Below, piece after piece: positions 21,201 through 34,600 of a stretch of DNA of 64,000 bases (its first letter is position 1; each line of letters opens with the position of its first letter). The notes below the pieces were generated by a model, which was given only the letters and a program-made list of their open reading frames with translations, was not told the origin of the DNA and ran no database searches. Origin of the DNA: Felis catus (Eukaryota); NCBI RefSeq assembly GCF_018350175.1, contig NC_058375.1:310001-374000 (forward strand). Direction: 5' to 3'. The position numbers were made by a program, and so were the translations under genes.

Positions 21201-24200
21201 CCCTGCTCTCTTCGATGGCCTCCTGGAAGTGCTCTGCCGTCTTCTCCATAATCCAGTGCTGCATCTCCTTGGCGCTGATCCTCCGGTCGGTGTTCACGTC
21301 GACCCTGCGGGCAGAGGGGCAATGTCACACGAGGTCTCTGGAACCCAGCAGCACAGGTGGACCGACGGACATGAGGATGGCTGGCAGGGCTCCACCACCG
21401 TGAACAGGGACACGCTGGGGTGGATGGACTGGAACCCTGCTCGTGGCAGAGGCCGAGGCCCGAACCAGAGCCGCGAAGCCAGAGCGGGGTCGCGCTTCAT
21501 ACGCGGGTGCAGACGGCTAGCTGATGAAGCAGACGGCTAGCTGAGGCGCGAGCACGTGTCCACGTGTGCGTGGGCCAGCCCGCCCCCGTGCAAACACGAG
21601 TCAGCGATGCTCATGCGTATGCACCGCCTAGTGCACACAAGTGCACACATATTAGCACGCGTGTGCGTGAGTTAACACACCTACGTATACACACGTTGGT
21701 ACGCACGCACACGTTATCTAACTGCGTCCGCCAACAAGACCTCAGGCCGCGACAGCTGCAGCAAGACGCACACCAGTGCCCAGGTCCTGGCTTCTAAACA
21801 CCGTCCTCCAATCAAGACACCAGGGCTCCTTGGAGACGTGGCTGCCGCTACGGCTGAGGCGGGCACACGACGAGATGAACCTGGAGCCCCCGGCAGGGCC
21901 ACAAAGCAAGGCGGTGCCCCCGAAACAAGCAAATGAAAGAGCCCCCGACGGCCAGGGCAAAACAACACAGTGCGGGACTGGACCCCAAGTACACGACACA
22001 CATCCAGGAGTCCCTGCTGGTGGAGGGGACCGCTGATAGACGTGAGCGCGTGGGGGAGCCAGAACTCCGCCCTCCAGAATTCCAAATACTACAGCGGTTC
22101 CTCCCCGCCGCCCCCCGCCCCCCGGTCCCGGGAGGGAGGCACAGCTTCGTCCCCAGCCCCGCAGGGAGACCGCCTCACTGAGTGACTGCTGCCCGGGAAG
22201 ACAGGAGGGACACCCGGCAGGCACCACCCGAACCAGGTGACCGGCCAACGGGACCCCCTGATAGGATGTGACAAGAGGGCCACCTCACCTCTGGGGTGTC
22301 CTTTCCCCAAGCCACAACCCCCTCTGACCATGAGAAAACACAAGAGACAAACCCGAAACGAGGGACATTCGACACAACACCTGTGCGGTCCTCCTCAAAA
22401 CTGTCAAGGTCATGACAAGCGAGAGCAGACAGCCACCCCTCAGAGAGACTGACGGGCAGCCAGCGTGTGAGCCCACGGACACTGTCCTCCCAGGCGGCAA
22501 CGCGGCTGCCGGTCTGGTTTTCTGCACTTCAGGTGATGTGACCTTAGCATCATGACCCCTGAGCAAGCGCCCGCCTCTCCACACTGCAGGCCCCTCATGG
22601 CTCCAGGCACACAGGCCAGCGGGCGCCCAGGTGTGGCCCGGAAGCCCCCCACCTCCACACGGACATCCGCACACCCGGCCCGCAGAGCCCTGCCAGGTGT
22701 GAGATGCGGGTGGGGCCCAACCCCAAAGGGGCTCTGAGCACAAGCCAGCCCTCATGGCCCCGGCCTGGCTGTGGCACCAGACTCCTCGGTCTCGCTCTGT
22801 ACCCATACCCATGTGCCAACCAGCTAAAGAACCAACCCTCAACACTTAAGGTGTGCGCACAGCAGGAAAGAGTCCCACCTCCCCACTGCGCGCCTTGCTC
22901 CTTCGGAACCTTGCTCCGGTGTCACGCACCTGCTCCTGGCACTGAGTCTCTGGGCGACATCCCACCCTCTCTGGATTCTGCCCCATTGCCATCACCTGTC
23001 CAGTAGGCCCGGCCTGGCCCCTCTGGGGCCCCTCCCTCCCAGAACCCTAGGCCCATCCACCAGACCCTCCAGGTCCCCGAACACGCAAAAGTGCCAAGGG
23101 CTCTAAGGCACAGAAGCCAGGCCAGGAAGAACCCACTGCTGCTTCAACAGCTGAGTTTGAACCTGTTCAGATGGAAGATCTCACAACAGGCAAGATATTC
23201 ACAGGTTCAAAGTTCCCAGGGACCCCATCAGGGCCCTCAGGGACCCCAGGGACCTCAGGACCCAGGGTGGGGCCACCCTCTCTCCTGAGAATGCCCAGGG
23301 CAGGCCTGGGTAGATCCCCTGGACCGGGTTTTTAGCCCAAAGACTAGCTGTGGGCATACACTTCACCCCTGGCCCACCAAGTGGTGCAGCCCACCCTCCC
23401 CAGGCTGCCGGGAAGGCGGTTCTCAGTGTAGGGATGGGTACTCCCAACAGACTCCTGGGAAGAGCCCAGCGCCCTCTGCATGAGCTGGCCGAATCACGAC
23501 CAGCGCCCACCTCTGTCCTCGGTCTCGGCCAGCCCACCGACGGACTGCCCCCAGCGGGCAACCCACCTGCTGCTCCCCCTGCCCCCACCCCCACCCCTGC
23601 ACCCTGTGCACAGAGCACCTCACACCAGCGGGTCTCCGGGATCCACATCTCTCACCAACACCCATCCAGGGAAACCCCATCAGGGCACCATGGAGAGAAA
23701 AGAACGGGCACGCCAACCTTGCTGCCTTCTGTGGGTCGGCCTCCATTTGACCACCAAGAAGAAGCCACCTGCCACCGGTGGCTCAGTCCCCAACTTTCCT
23801 CTGCTCACTGGAAGCAGCAAAGCTCACTCCGGACGACAGTGATAAAATCTGTACGCTGGACGAGGCTTTGATGCACAGCTGACCATCACCGTCCTCCAGG
23901 GCGGCGTCTGAGGGGGCCGTGCGGGAAAGCGACACCCTCTCTCGCCACAGCCTTCTGGCGGCTTCTCCTTTCTCCTCACCTCTGAACCCCCCAGGCCCTG
24001 GTCTGGCCACGGTCCTCTCTCTGGATCTGTCACCCAGCGCCCAGACTTGGCCTTCGACGCCGAGGACAGATGCACGCCTGCTGGCTGCTCCCCCTCAGCC
24101 CTGCTCAGTGACCGGGGCTCCTGACGTCTCCGCTCGGCCTGCAGGAGCATCCCACCCGCCCGTCCTTCCTTGCCTCCACCTGCAGCTGCCTGGTCTCCTC

Positions 24201-25178
24201 CCACCCACCCAGGGGTAAAACCCACCACGCCCCTCAGCCCCGCTGCCCTCCACCTGTGCTCCGCCCTCATCCCACCCCGTCCAGTCCTGCGAGTAGACAG
24301 CAAGCACACAGCAAGTCCCGGGACTTCGTTCTCACCATGCCCGGGAAAGCGGGGCTCTCAACACCCCCCTTCACAGACAAGGAAGCTGAGGCTAGTGGGC
24401 TCAGGAAACAAAGCCCAGTCCAACTGCCCAGGGCCTCCTCCTGAGCTCAGGCCCCAGCCGCGAGGCCCCTCACCTCCCTCAGAGGTTCCAAAGCCCCAGG
24501 CCACGTGACCTCTGTGTGTGCTCGCAGCCAGCGCGTGTGGCCTGTGTGTGTGTCCACGGCCCGTGTGACACCTGTGTGCGCTCAGAGCGGCTCCCACAAG
24601 AGAGTCAGCCCCACGTCCCAGCTCCTCTCAGTCTCTCTCCTGGAACCGAGAGCCACGAATCCTGGGTCCTGGCACAAGACTGTGCCACCACGTCACCAAT
24701 ACCGTGGGAGCCTGGAACTCACCAGGCGCGTGCTGAGGCACTGGGCCCCTGACACCTGGGGACCCCACCCAGCCCCAGCACACGACCCGCCTGGGCTTGG
24801 GCCACAGTACGTGCCGGGTGAGCAAATCAGTCGGACTCTAACAGCCCCCCGCCCCCCAGGCCTGGGCGCCTACTTGGAAAAGATGACCATCAGCTTCCTC
24901 CTGCTCCTCCGTGGCTCCGCGTCCTCCTCGAACCCGTCCGTGTCCTTCCCCAGGAAGACCTCCTGGTGGAAGTCTTTGTTGAGGTGCCCGTCCATCTCCA
25001 GCTTCACCCCATTCAGGTGGTCCGGGGGCAGGATCTCCCGCTCCTCCCTGTTGCCTGCCCTCTCCCGAGCGGATGAGTGGTTGGCAGGCCGGGCAGACAC
25101 ATCCATCAGCAGGATGACCCCCAAGAGCCAGAGGCAGTGAGACGCCAGGCCACGGAGGGAAGCCCGCCTGGACGCCAT
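15100..25178 (-). CDS. SDF4: Stromal cell-derived factor 4 (Cab45), Golgi EF-hand Ca2+-binding protein, 355 aa
   Basis: Exons 24874-25178, 21168-21304, 20562-20675, 16857-17015, 16344-16519 and 15100-15276 sum to 1068 nt. [10 protein letters not shown]...RPANHSS...EF hands ([45 protein letters not shown]) and C-terminal HEEF retention motif. Confidence 0.97.
16344..16519 (-). CDS. SDF4: SDF4 exon 6
   Basis: [17 protein letters not shown]...[14 protein letters not shown]; 176 nt. Confidence 0.95.
16857..17015 (-). CDS. SDF4: SDF4 exon 5
   Basis: [52 protein letters not shown]; 159 nt. Confidence 0.95.
18870..19088 (+). mobile_element. Can-SINE with 11-bp target-site duplication
   Basis: SINE body; perfect TSD aatgccccaca at 18859-18869 and 19089-19099. 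Confidence 0.93.
19499..19743 (+). mobile_element. Can-SINE with 15-bp TSD
   Basis: SINE head and core; TSD aaaaggaaattaaag (19484-19498) vs aaaaggaagttaaag (19744-19758), 1 mismatch. Confidence 0.92.
20562..20675 (-). CDS. SDF4: SDF4 exon 4
   Basis: [37 protein letters not shown]; 114 nt. Confidence 0.95.
20738..20925 (+). mobile_element. Diverged Can-SINE in SDF4 intron 3
   Basis: cagttaagtgtccgactctc...gttcaagcccc...tcagcacagagcctg...(CT)n...aaaataaataaa. Confidence 0.75.
21168..21304 (-). CDS. SDF4: SDF4 exon 3
   Basis: [45 protein letters not shown]; 137 nt. Confidence 0.95.
22240..22450 (+). mobile_element. Probable ancient L1 (L1MC-type) 3' end fragment
   Basis: catgagaaaacac...gacaaaccc...gagggacattc...ctcctcaaaactgtcaaggtcatga resembles the L1MC 3'UTR consensus (from memory). 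Confidence 0.55.
23800..24200. mobile_element. Possible L2 remnant
   Basis: tttgatgcacagctgaccatcaccgtcctcc...gacaccctctctc...ctcacctctgaac resembles an L2 consensus segment (from memory); highly diverged. Confidence 0.4.
24874..25178 (-). CDS. SDF4: SDF4 first coding exon (exon 2)
   Basis: ATG 25178-25176 in GCCATGG context; donor AA|GTAGG; 305 nt. Confidence 0.93.
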
Positions 25179-28100
25179 GGCCACCTGGGTCTGGATTCCG
25201 GGATGTCCCGCAAGTGTGGCCAGGAGCTGGGGAGAGAGGGGCGGGACAGGTGAGGAAGCGAGGCCTGGGGTCACAGCCTTCCCGCCACCCCAGACGCTGC
25301 AGAAGGCCAACCGCCCATGGCTGCCAGACCCCAACGTTAATGGTCTACGAAGAGAACACAGCCATCGTCCAGGGGAGCCTCAGCAAATACTTTACTGAAG
25401 AAGCGTTTACTTGCGACGTGAAATAGAAGCTCTGGGTTGATGGGTTCCGTACTAGACGTGCTACTTTTTCCTTTTCCAAAGATGCTGGGTTTCCAGTCCT
25501 TCTCCCTCCTACTCACGTAAAGCTGCCCCATCTCAAGGGCTGCCCAGCACCACTAAGCCTGCCCCTTTTCAATGCCTACAGCAAGCGTTCCCAGAACAGT
25601 CTCTCTCCACCCCTCCCGCCATCGACACTGACCCCAGGGACGTGGTAATTCACTCTCCGAATCCCAATTCGGTATTTGTGAGCTCTGTGAACTTGGCTAA
25701 GCTACCTGACCTCCCCTGCCTCAGTTTCCCCGATGTAACAGGAACACCCAGCAGCCCCTCCCCCACCCCGAGGCTTTGTGAGAGCTGAGCCTGGTGCCAG
25801 TGCAAACGCCCAAACCCGCCCAGCAGGGCACCAGCCCCTTCCCACCTTCCCACGCCCGTGACCTCCGCAGATGTGCACACACGTACACAAACACATGCAT
25901 ACACGCACATGCGTGCACAAGACAGATACGCGTGAGTGTGCGCATGTCCACGCCCATGCATGTACAGGTGTTTGTGCATACACACCTACACGTGTGCACC
26001 CACATATACGTGCACGTGTGGGCACACATCCTTGCTCGTGTTCACACGGGACCAAGACTGGCGCACCAGGAAGTCTGTCGTCCTAGGTATGCCTGGGCTT
26101 GGCAACGATGAAACAAGGCCACCTTCCCGTCCGTGTCACCACGTTAAAGATCCCGGGGCCACAAGCACTCACGCCTAGCACTCGGCCATCCCAGCCTCCT
26201 CCCATATCTGCTCCTTTGCCTGGGCCCTCCTGCTTTCCCTCACCCTCCGGGTGCCTCCAGGTTCCCTTCTGGCTGGCTCTGGGACAGTGCTGCCCACTCC
26301 ACTTCCCACGGACACTTGCGTTCCACACTTCCCAAAGAAGGCTCCAGCTCCTTCTTGCCCCTGACATAACCCGGTCCTCGCAGGTGCAGCTGAGACCCTC
26401 ACCTCCTCCGGCGGTCTTTCCAGGGAGGAGCGGCAGAGGGAAGCCACCAGTACCCAGGGCCCAGCGGCGGTGGCCCTGGACACACTGGCCACAGGGCAGG
26501 GTGCCCTCCCGCCGCCGAGCTGGGGCCTATGGGGCTCAGGAGGTACAGCGCCTGCCTATGCTGGCCAGCAGCACAGCCACCACACCCCAGCCTGAGGGCA
26601 CACAGCTCGAGCCCCGGCTGATCCGGGGGCACTAGCAGATGCCACCACTTGCTTCCTCGATGCTTCCCTTTGAGGCTACCTGCTCCTCACCAGCATTACT
26701 CTCCCGACACGTGATGCCTCGATACATTAACCTTCTGAAGCTGCGCACCGTCTGGGCCCTTCGACAAGCCCTTGCTCTCTCACCTCACCTGTCTCACCCC
26801 TCTGAGGGAGGGCCTCTCACAGGGTGGCAAACGTCCCTCTTCCCAGGCCTCTGGGGCCTGCGACCTCCCCACGGGCACGAGCGCCCGCCAGCTGCCCCAT
26901 GGTGCTCTCTGTGCTGTGACTGCCCTTCAATCACATCTACTGGAACGCCACACCCTCCCCCCACGTCGCCATCCAACGGCCGTCACACCGTCTACACCCA
27001 GCAGGCACTCCACACAAGTGGAGCCTACTCCACACAAATAGCCTACTCCACAGCTATTTCTGCCACATCGCAATATGCACGTTCCTGGACACGTCAGCGC
27101 AAAAGAGCGCAAGACAAAAACACAGGGCCCATGGGAACAGAACAGGGCACGTGACTCAAAACCAACAGGACTGTATGTAAACAGACCACGAGGAAGCGGT
27201 GCCTGGCAAGGAACCCACAGCCCTGGCAAGCAGGTCACGGGGGTATTAAACCAAGAGGAGATGCTCTGCGCAGGCGCCAAGGAGATGCCAGTGGCGCTGG
27301 CCTTACGGTGGGCCGGGGAGGAGATGCAGCCTACCATAAGCCAAGACCTGTATGAGCCCGCAGCCACCAAGGTAGGGAGCCCCCGACGCAGGTGCTCATG
27401 CTGGGTTTTCTTCCCATGGCTGAGGACGGTTTCCTTTCCTGCTGGAGTGTGACTCCAGTGCTGCGTCCCAGCTCTCCTGGCTAGGAAAGTGTCGTGCAAA
27501 CCCAGAGAACTTTCCCCTGACGTTACTGTAACTCTCCCTGACTGTGGCCATAAAAACACACTGTGTCCAACAGGCTGTACTTTGCTCCTTGAAAGAGCAA
27601 AATCAACTGTCCGCTTATCTTCATGGGTAGCACACTACGTTCTGTACGAAAAGCAATGCCAAGATAACTGAAGGACATCAGGAAGTCCAGTGAAACTTCC
27701 TCCTCTCCGCTTACGACAGTTACCTATCTTGGTAAGCACAAAAGGAGCAGCGCGGCTGAATATCTCAGTCAACTGCTCAGTTCCTCGTCCCCTGCCTGCC
27801 CCACCAGAATGGGATTTCAAAGGGCAGGGGCTTTGCCCCCTTGACTAGGGAGTCGCCCTCCTCTAGAAACGACGTCAGGGGAGGGTGTTAACGCCGCCCC
27901 AGGGTGACCAGCTTAAGTGGAGGCGACACTTCTTGGTCATCCTGGGGTGTCCGTTCAGGCGAAACTAGATCTCTTGCCGATAAAAACGCGAACCTTATTC
28001 TCACAGCTCTGTTCCGGTTTTAGGAGTCCCGCTAAGAGTGTTCCTAACACCTGCCACTGGCTGAACCGGAAATCAAGGGCTTTACACGCATCATTCCAAA

Positions 28101-28331
28101 TCTTCACCAAGCCCTACCAATTAGGGCACCTTTTACAGACTAGGAGAGGGAGGTCACCTCGCTGGTAAATACCGGGGGCCACCCCACTCCCCTGCCGACC
28201 TGTCTCCCCCAGCCTCAGTTCCCCGGCGGCATCCGTCGGTGTGGGCGGAGAGGACAGGAGCCCAGGGTCCAGCGGCCCGAGGGCGCGTCTGCGGGTCTCC
28301 CGACGCCCCCCGCCCCGGAGCCCTCACTCAC

Positions 28332-28500
28332 CGGCCTCCCTCCCCTCGCCCAGGATCCGCCAAGCGGGGCCCGAGCGCCCGTGACGCCTCCGACGGGACG
28401 CGCCTAGGCCGCGGCCATCTTTCTTCCGGGAAGAGGCGGACCAGGAACGGCGCGCGCTGGCGCGACCCCGCCGTGACGACGCCGGCGCCGCCATCTTTCC
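28332..28500 (-). other. SDF4: Probable non-coding exon 1 of SDF4 (5' end approximate)
   Basis: Strong donor CCG|GTGAGT at 28332/28331 inside the CpG island. The TSS cannot be determined from sequence. Confidence 0.6.
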
Positions 28501-28557
28501 CCTGGGCGGAAGTGGCCGCGCGGCCCTCCCGAGGCAACCAACGAGAAGGGCGCGCGT

Positions 28558-29680
<1,123 letters not shown>

Positions 29681-31096
29681 GCTGCGGCCGCAGCCGACCC
29701 GCCGCGAGTCGCACGGAGGCCGGGACAGGGGCCCCAAGGCGGCCGCCGCCGCGACGGTCGTTCAGGGCCCTGTGAGGCAGCCGCTGAGGCGGCCTCCCGC
29801 CGGCCTTGCACGGGCACGGCTGACGGGTTCTGGCCGGGCGTCCGGAAGGAGCCCAGCCCTCAAGGGGACCTGGCTTCTGCGGCGACCGGTAGGGTTTTCA
29901 GGCAGACGCCAAGCGGCGGCGGACAGCTCGCAGGTCCCAGCTCCGGTGGGCGCGCCCAGGGCCGTGCACCCCAGCGGCCGCCACCGGGCCTCGCTCGGGA
30001 GCGTCTTGTTCTGGGCCTGGGAGGCCCCTGGGGCTTGCCAGGGCAGCACCTTACGTCCAGGTAGAAACGTCCGGTCCCTGGATCTCAGCCGGCATCGGCC
30101 TGGCCGTGAAGACGCCCAGCTTTGGGCGAGCTGGCAGGGCTTTGCCGCCGCGCCCGGGCCTGTCCTTCTCCCGACGTAGGGGCCAGCAGCAGCGAGAGGC
30201 TGGAGCTGACGGGCACTTGCGGACCTGACCGCAGAGAAAGAATCTGGACTCGTTCAGGGGTGGGGACTGTGCCTTGTCCTGCATCCTGTGGTGACCGTCC
30301 ACGTAGGAAATCACTGCCCAGAGAGCCGCGGCTGCAGGGATCTGACCCTCGGGCCCTTGCATGTTGCACCTTCGCTGCGACGCGCTCCAGTGGCTTTTCA
30401 TCCGAATTGCTGTAGCCGTATCGAGTTAGGTTACCTGCTTCTGTGTTTCGTGTTGGTACCATTTGTCACGTGCAAGTCTAGGGTTTACACTTGGTGTCAC
30501 TGTTTCACAGCCTCAGTGGTGTTTTGGTCTGTGTCGCTCCAAAGTGAATCTGTGATCAGTGTGCTTCGGCGCGAGTCTGTGACTTATAAATATTGTAAAT
30601 TCGTGTAGATAAGAGTTTTAAGTTGGGAGCGTGTGGGTCTCAGTATATTTTTTAAATTATTTAAGGGAGACTTTTCTATCAGAACTTGGAATTTGTGGAT
30701 TAATCTGTTTTTACAGCTTGAGTTGTAGGCTCGTTGCTGCATGTGTGTTTAAATGTGGAAGAATTCTAAAATTGCCCATTTCTCTTTCTAGTTGACACTG
30801 GAAAGTCGGTCCCGTTGTCTCTTTCTGAAAAGACTCCTTTTAAGGCTTCCTCGCGGCCGTGCAGGCCAAAGTGTTCCTCACACGCACATCTGTTATTTTA
30901 GACTCTGGGCCCAAGTTCCAGGAATCTGAACCCTTGCAAGTATCGGTGAGGTGTCCGTCGTTCTGTCTTTAGAAAGGCTTCGCCGGCTGCCGCGTCCTTT
31001 TGGAGACAGAACGCATTTACGTGCACCGCCCCCCTGACCGATCACCCCTCTCAAACCTGGACACATCCTCGGACACTCGGGCTCCCTTTTTTCCCC

Positions 31097-31102
31097 ATTA
31101 AA
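31097..31102 (+). terminator. Candidate poly(A) signal ATTAAA for B3GALT6
   Basis: First common PAS hexamer I found after a U-rich 3'UTR-like stretch (30400-30900). Confidence 0.4.
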
Positions 31103-31349
31103 TGTGAAAGTGAGTGCTGTGACCGTCACAGAAGTCAAATAGAGAGGCTCCGGGACAGCCGCGAGCCCCTCCCGGTGCAGTGGTGTGTGGTCCTACAGAG
31201 CTCTTCTGGGGTCTGACCTGGGTTTGCTGTCTGGGGAGCCTGGCCACGCGGCCAGTGTCCGCACTGCACCTCGGGCAACGCAAACAGAAGGCACAGACCT
31301 CTGACCTGCCACTCTCTGGTGTTCTTGGGCCGTGGATCGTAAGAGCGGG

Positions 31350-31665
31350 CGTCTTAGCTTGGGCCGCGGTAACAAAACGCCACAGATGTGTGTCCCTCAC
31401 AGTCTGCAGGCTCTAAAATCACATGTGATCCGCCCCACCTGGGCTGGGTGGTGAGGGCCCTCTTCCCGGCCTGCAGGCGGCTGCCTTCTCACCGCGGCCT
31501 TGTGACGGGAGAGAGCCAAAGCGAGTGCCTGGTGTCTCTTTTTACAAGGACGCTGATCCCACCAGAGGGCCCACCCGCATGACCTCAGCTACCACCACCT
31601 CCAGATACTATCACATTGGAAGTTGAGGCTTCAGTCTGAGTCTGGGGGCATGTAGTCCACAGCGG
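31350..31665 (+). mobile_element. MaLR solo LTR (MLT1A/B-like)
   Basis: gggccgcggtaacaaaacgccacaga...tcacagtctgcaggc...ggctgccttctc...ggtgtctctttttacaaggacgctgatccc...catgacctca...atactatcacattgg...agtccacagc follows the MLT1 consensus order (from memory). Confidence 0.75.
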
Positions 31666-34600
31666 CAGGTTTGGGTTATTTTTGTTGAAAGGTAGAAGGA
31701 TATCTGGAGTTTGGAGTCTTGGGCCAGAAGGAAGCGGGGGATGGTCTCGTGGTTGCGATTCTCCTACCTTTAGAAGGTGGAAGCCGGGCCAGAGAGGTCC
31801 CAAGATCTGACAGATTCTGATTACAAGGTGAACGTCGGCTTTCTGATTGGCCAGTTCGAGCCAGGACTGACCTTCCCCCTGTGAACACCTGGTTCACAGG
31901 ACAAGGGTTCACAAGAGGAGCCAGGTTTGGGGACACCGGGGTGAGCAGAATGGGACCCTGCCGACCTTTTTCACCTGAACGTGTTGTGTGAACGTCAGGA
32001 TCGTCGAGGGAGTTGGCGTGTGCCCGTGTCCATCCTTCTTCTGCAGACAGCTTGCCGGCACCCACGTGCCGGGGGCAGAGCCAGGCTCCGAGCCCAGGGG
32101 TGGACCTCTGATCCCTGCCCTGCGTTGCAGTCCTGCTGTAGTTTCCGGTTCCTCCAGAGCACACCCCGTGGGAAGGAAGCATGGCAGCCATGTCCAAGGC
32201 CCCCTTGTAAAAAATCTAAAAACCCAGACGTGTCTCTTGAGGCGAGGGGGACCTACGAGACTGAGCATTCGCTTGAATCACATGAAGGTGCCAGTATGCA
32301 ACCAGTTTTGACAAAAATGGAAACTTCCTATTGTTCAGCCGAAATCATTAAATTTCCATACAGAACAAACCCTCTCCTGGGCTGACTGTGCACATCATTA
32401 CTGCAGTTGTAACGTCAGGATTCAGACCACACGTTCGATCTGATGGCCAGGGGTCCCTTCCTGGAGTGACCCTCAGCCATCACCTTGCCGGCAATACTGG
32501 GGCCCACGGACAGAGCCCGCCCTGGCTGGCGGGTTCTCCAGGTCAGGGTGGCCCCCCCCCCAGGCTGCACCTCCCGCCCACTGAGCCACACACTGCAGGC
32601 TGCACACCACCTGGACACGTGTGTCCTAAAGGCCAGTGGCTGAGCCCAACGCCGGCCCAGGGCCCAGGAGACGGTAGGCTCTTGGGAGATGGGGAGTCAG
32701 ACCACCGAACTGGTTTTTACCGGGGGTTTGGGACACAGGACAGCCCACTCTCTCCCAGCCAAACCAGTCTCTCTTTAAGTGGCCGTCAGCCCACACTGGC
32801 AGAGAGCATCAGGCCCGGAGGGGCATGGGCCACCCAGCACCACCTCGAGTGGTGCCCCTCTTCTCATGGAGGGCCCTGGCCCCGCCCCTCCCTCCCCCCG
32901 GGGCCAACGTGGAGAGCAGGTGTCAGGAGAGGACGCGAGCTGTCGGGACACCAGGATAACACGCCAGCGCCTGCATTCAGCACTTCTGCGGGCTGGCGTG
33001 CAGCCCTGGCAACGGCCCCTTCATTTTCCTGAGAAAGAGGAAGAGACGGGGCATAGAGACTGAGCGCTTTGGCCAAGGTTCCAGGACTAGAAAATGTCGA
33101 AACTTCAGAAACGTTGGCAGTAACAGGATGAAGCTCCAAAGAGTTCCATCAAGCAAGAAAAGCCAATCCCAAAAAGTCTGCGTGCCGGCTGCTCCTTGAT
33201 GCTTGCGCTCCGGACCCAGGGATTTGGAGAGAGGCTCAGGTTGTTTCTAGTCAGTGTGCCCTGGGTTGAGCTAATGTCTCTCTCCTTCTCTGAGCCTAGG
33301 GAGCGGGCGGACACCTCCTGTGTCTGTCCTTAAACCATGGCCTGGCCTCAGAACAAACCCTGGACTCCCGAGGGGTCACAGTCCAAGCCCTGTGAGTCTT
33401 CCCGTTCCTGAGACCCCGTGAGCCTCCACTCCAGGGTCTCCCCCGGGGCTCACCTTCCAGCACCCACCCAGAGGACCTTCCCCACATCCTACAGCTTGGG
33501 AGCTGAAATAATCCCGTCACCTGGCCTCTGTGGGCACCCGTGCCCCCATCTTCAGGGCCAGGGTGGGCTCACTGCCAGCCTGGGCTACCCCCTGGAGCTC
33601 CCTACCCTCCTCTGCTCCCACCCCCACACTCTCCTCTGACCCAGCCCTTCCTGCCCCCCGTCTTTCCTGTGGATGGTGCCGTTGGCCCCCCATCCATCCC
33701 CGTTCCCCCACTTCATGCCCTCACAGTCTCCTGCAGAAGGCCCAGCACTACCCCCCATGGCCACACCGCAGCCAGGTAACCCTACTCACTGGGCCGACTG
33801 CTTCTGAGATCACCCAAAGCCAACAAAACAGCCCACCGCCCCGTGTGTCCTGGGGCCCGCATGCCCTGGGGACTGTCCTCTGCTGGGTGTCTCTGGAGCC
33901 CCTCCCCCCTCCCCCCCACAGACCCTGTGCCTCCCCCACTGTGGGGTCCCATTGCAGGTGGTGCAGTGAGTGGTGTGGCCTGATGAGCGGGGCGGGGCGG
34001 GGGGGGGGCAGGGAGGAGAGGGGGAGGGGAGAGAGAAGACTGACAGCGTCAGGCCTCTGCTCCGGCTGCAGAGAAGGAGACTCGCAGTGGGGCCTCGGCA
34101 GGCATCCCATGGACCGAGCTCAGGCACGCTGCTCTGCCCGGGGCCTGGTCCAGCGGGCATCACGGAGGCCGATGGCCATCGGTGCAGGGCGTCCACTCCC
34201 AGCTCCTGGCCTTCCCCTTGGCCCCCGAGGGGCCCAGAACAGGAAATGAGTGAAATCAGAGAAGATCAGCAGTTCTGCAAGGCTAGGGCAGGGCACCAGG
34301 GTCAGGGGAATGTGTTCTGGGAGGTCCCTGGGACCCCATTCTGGATGCCAGCCTCAGCTGCCCAAGTCAGAAGACTGGGCAGAGGCGTGGTCCCCAGTCT
34401 GAGCACCAGCAGGTGCCCAGGGGTGCCCATCTAGCCCCAGGTCCCTGGTGGGGACCTGGAGAGCATCCTGAGCCTGGGGTGGGGCTCCTGACAGGCTGCT
34501 CTCAGGAGACCCAGCCTCTGCAGAAGCTAATGGTGGGGTGGAGTGGCTTCTGCCCCTCCCCCGCCTTGACACAGACCTGAGGGCTACACCAGGGCCATCT

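Noticed and set aside
25179-25334. In-frame N-terminal extension of SDF4 suggested by the ORF track
   Set aside because: It starts at TTG, not ATG, and crosses a probable acceptor (CCCAG at 25227). The ATG at 25178 has strong Kozak context and directly precedes the signal peptide.
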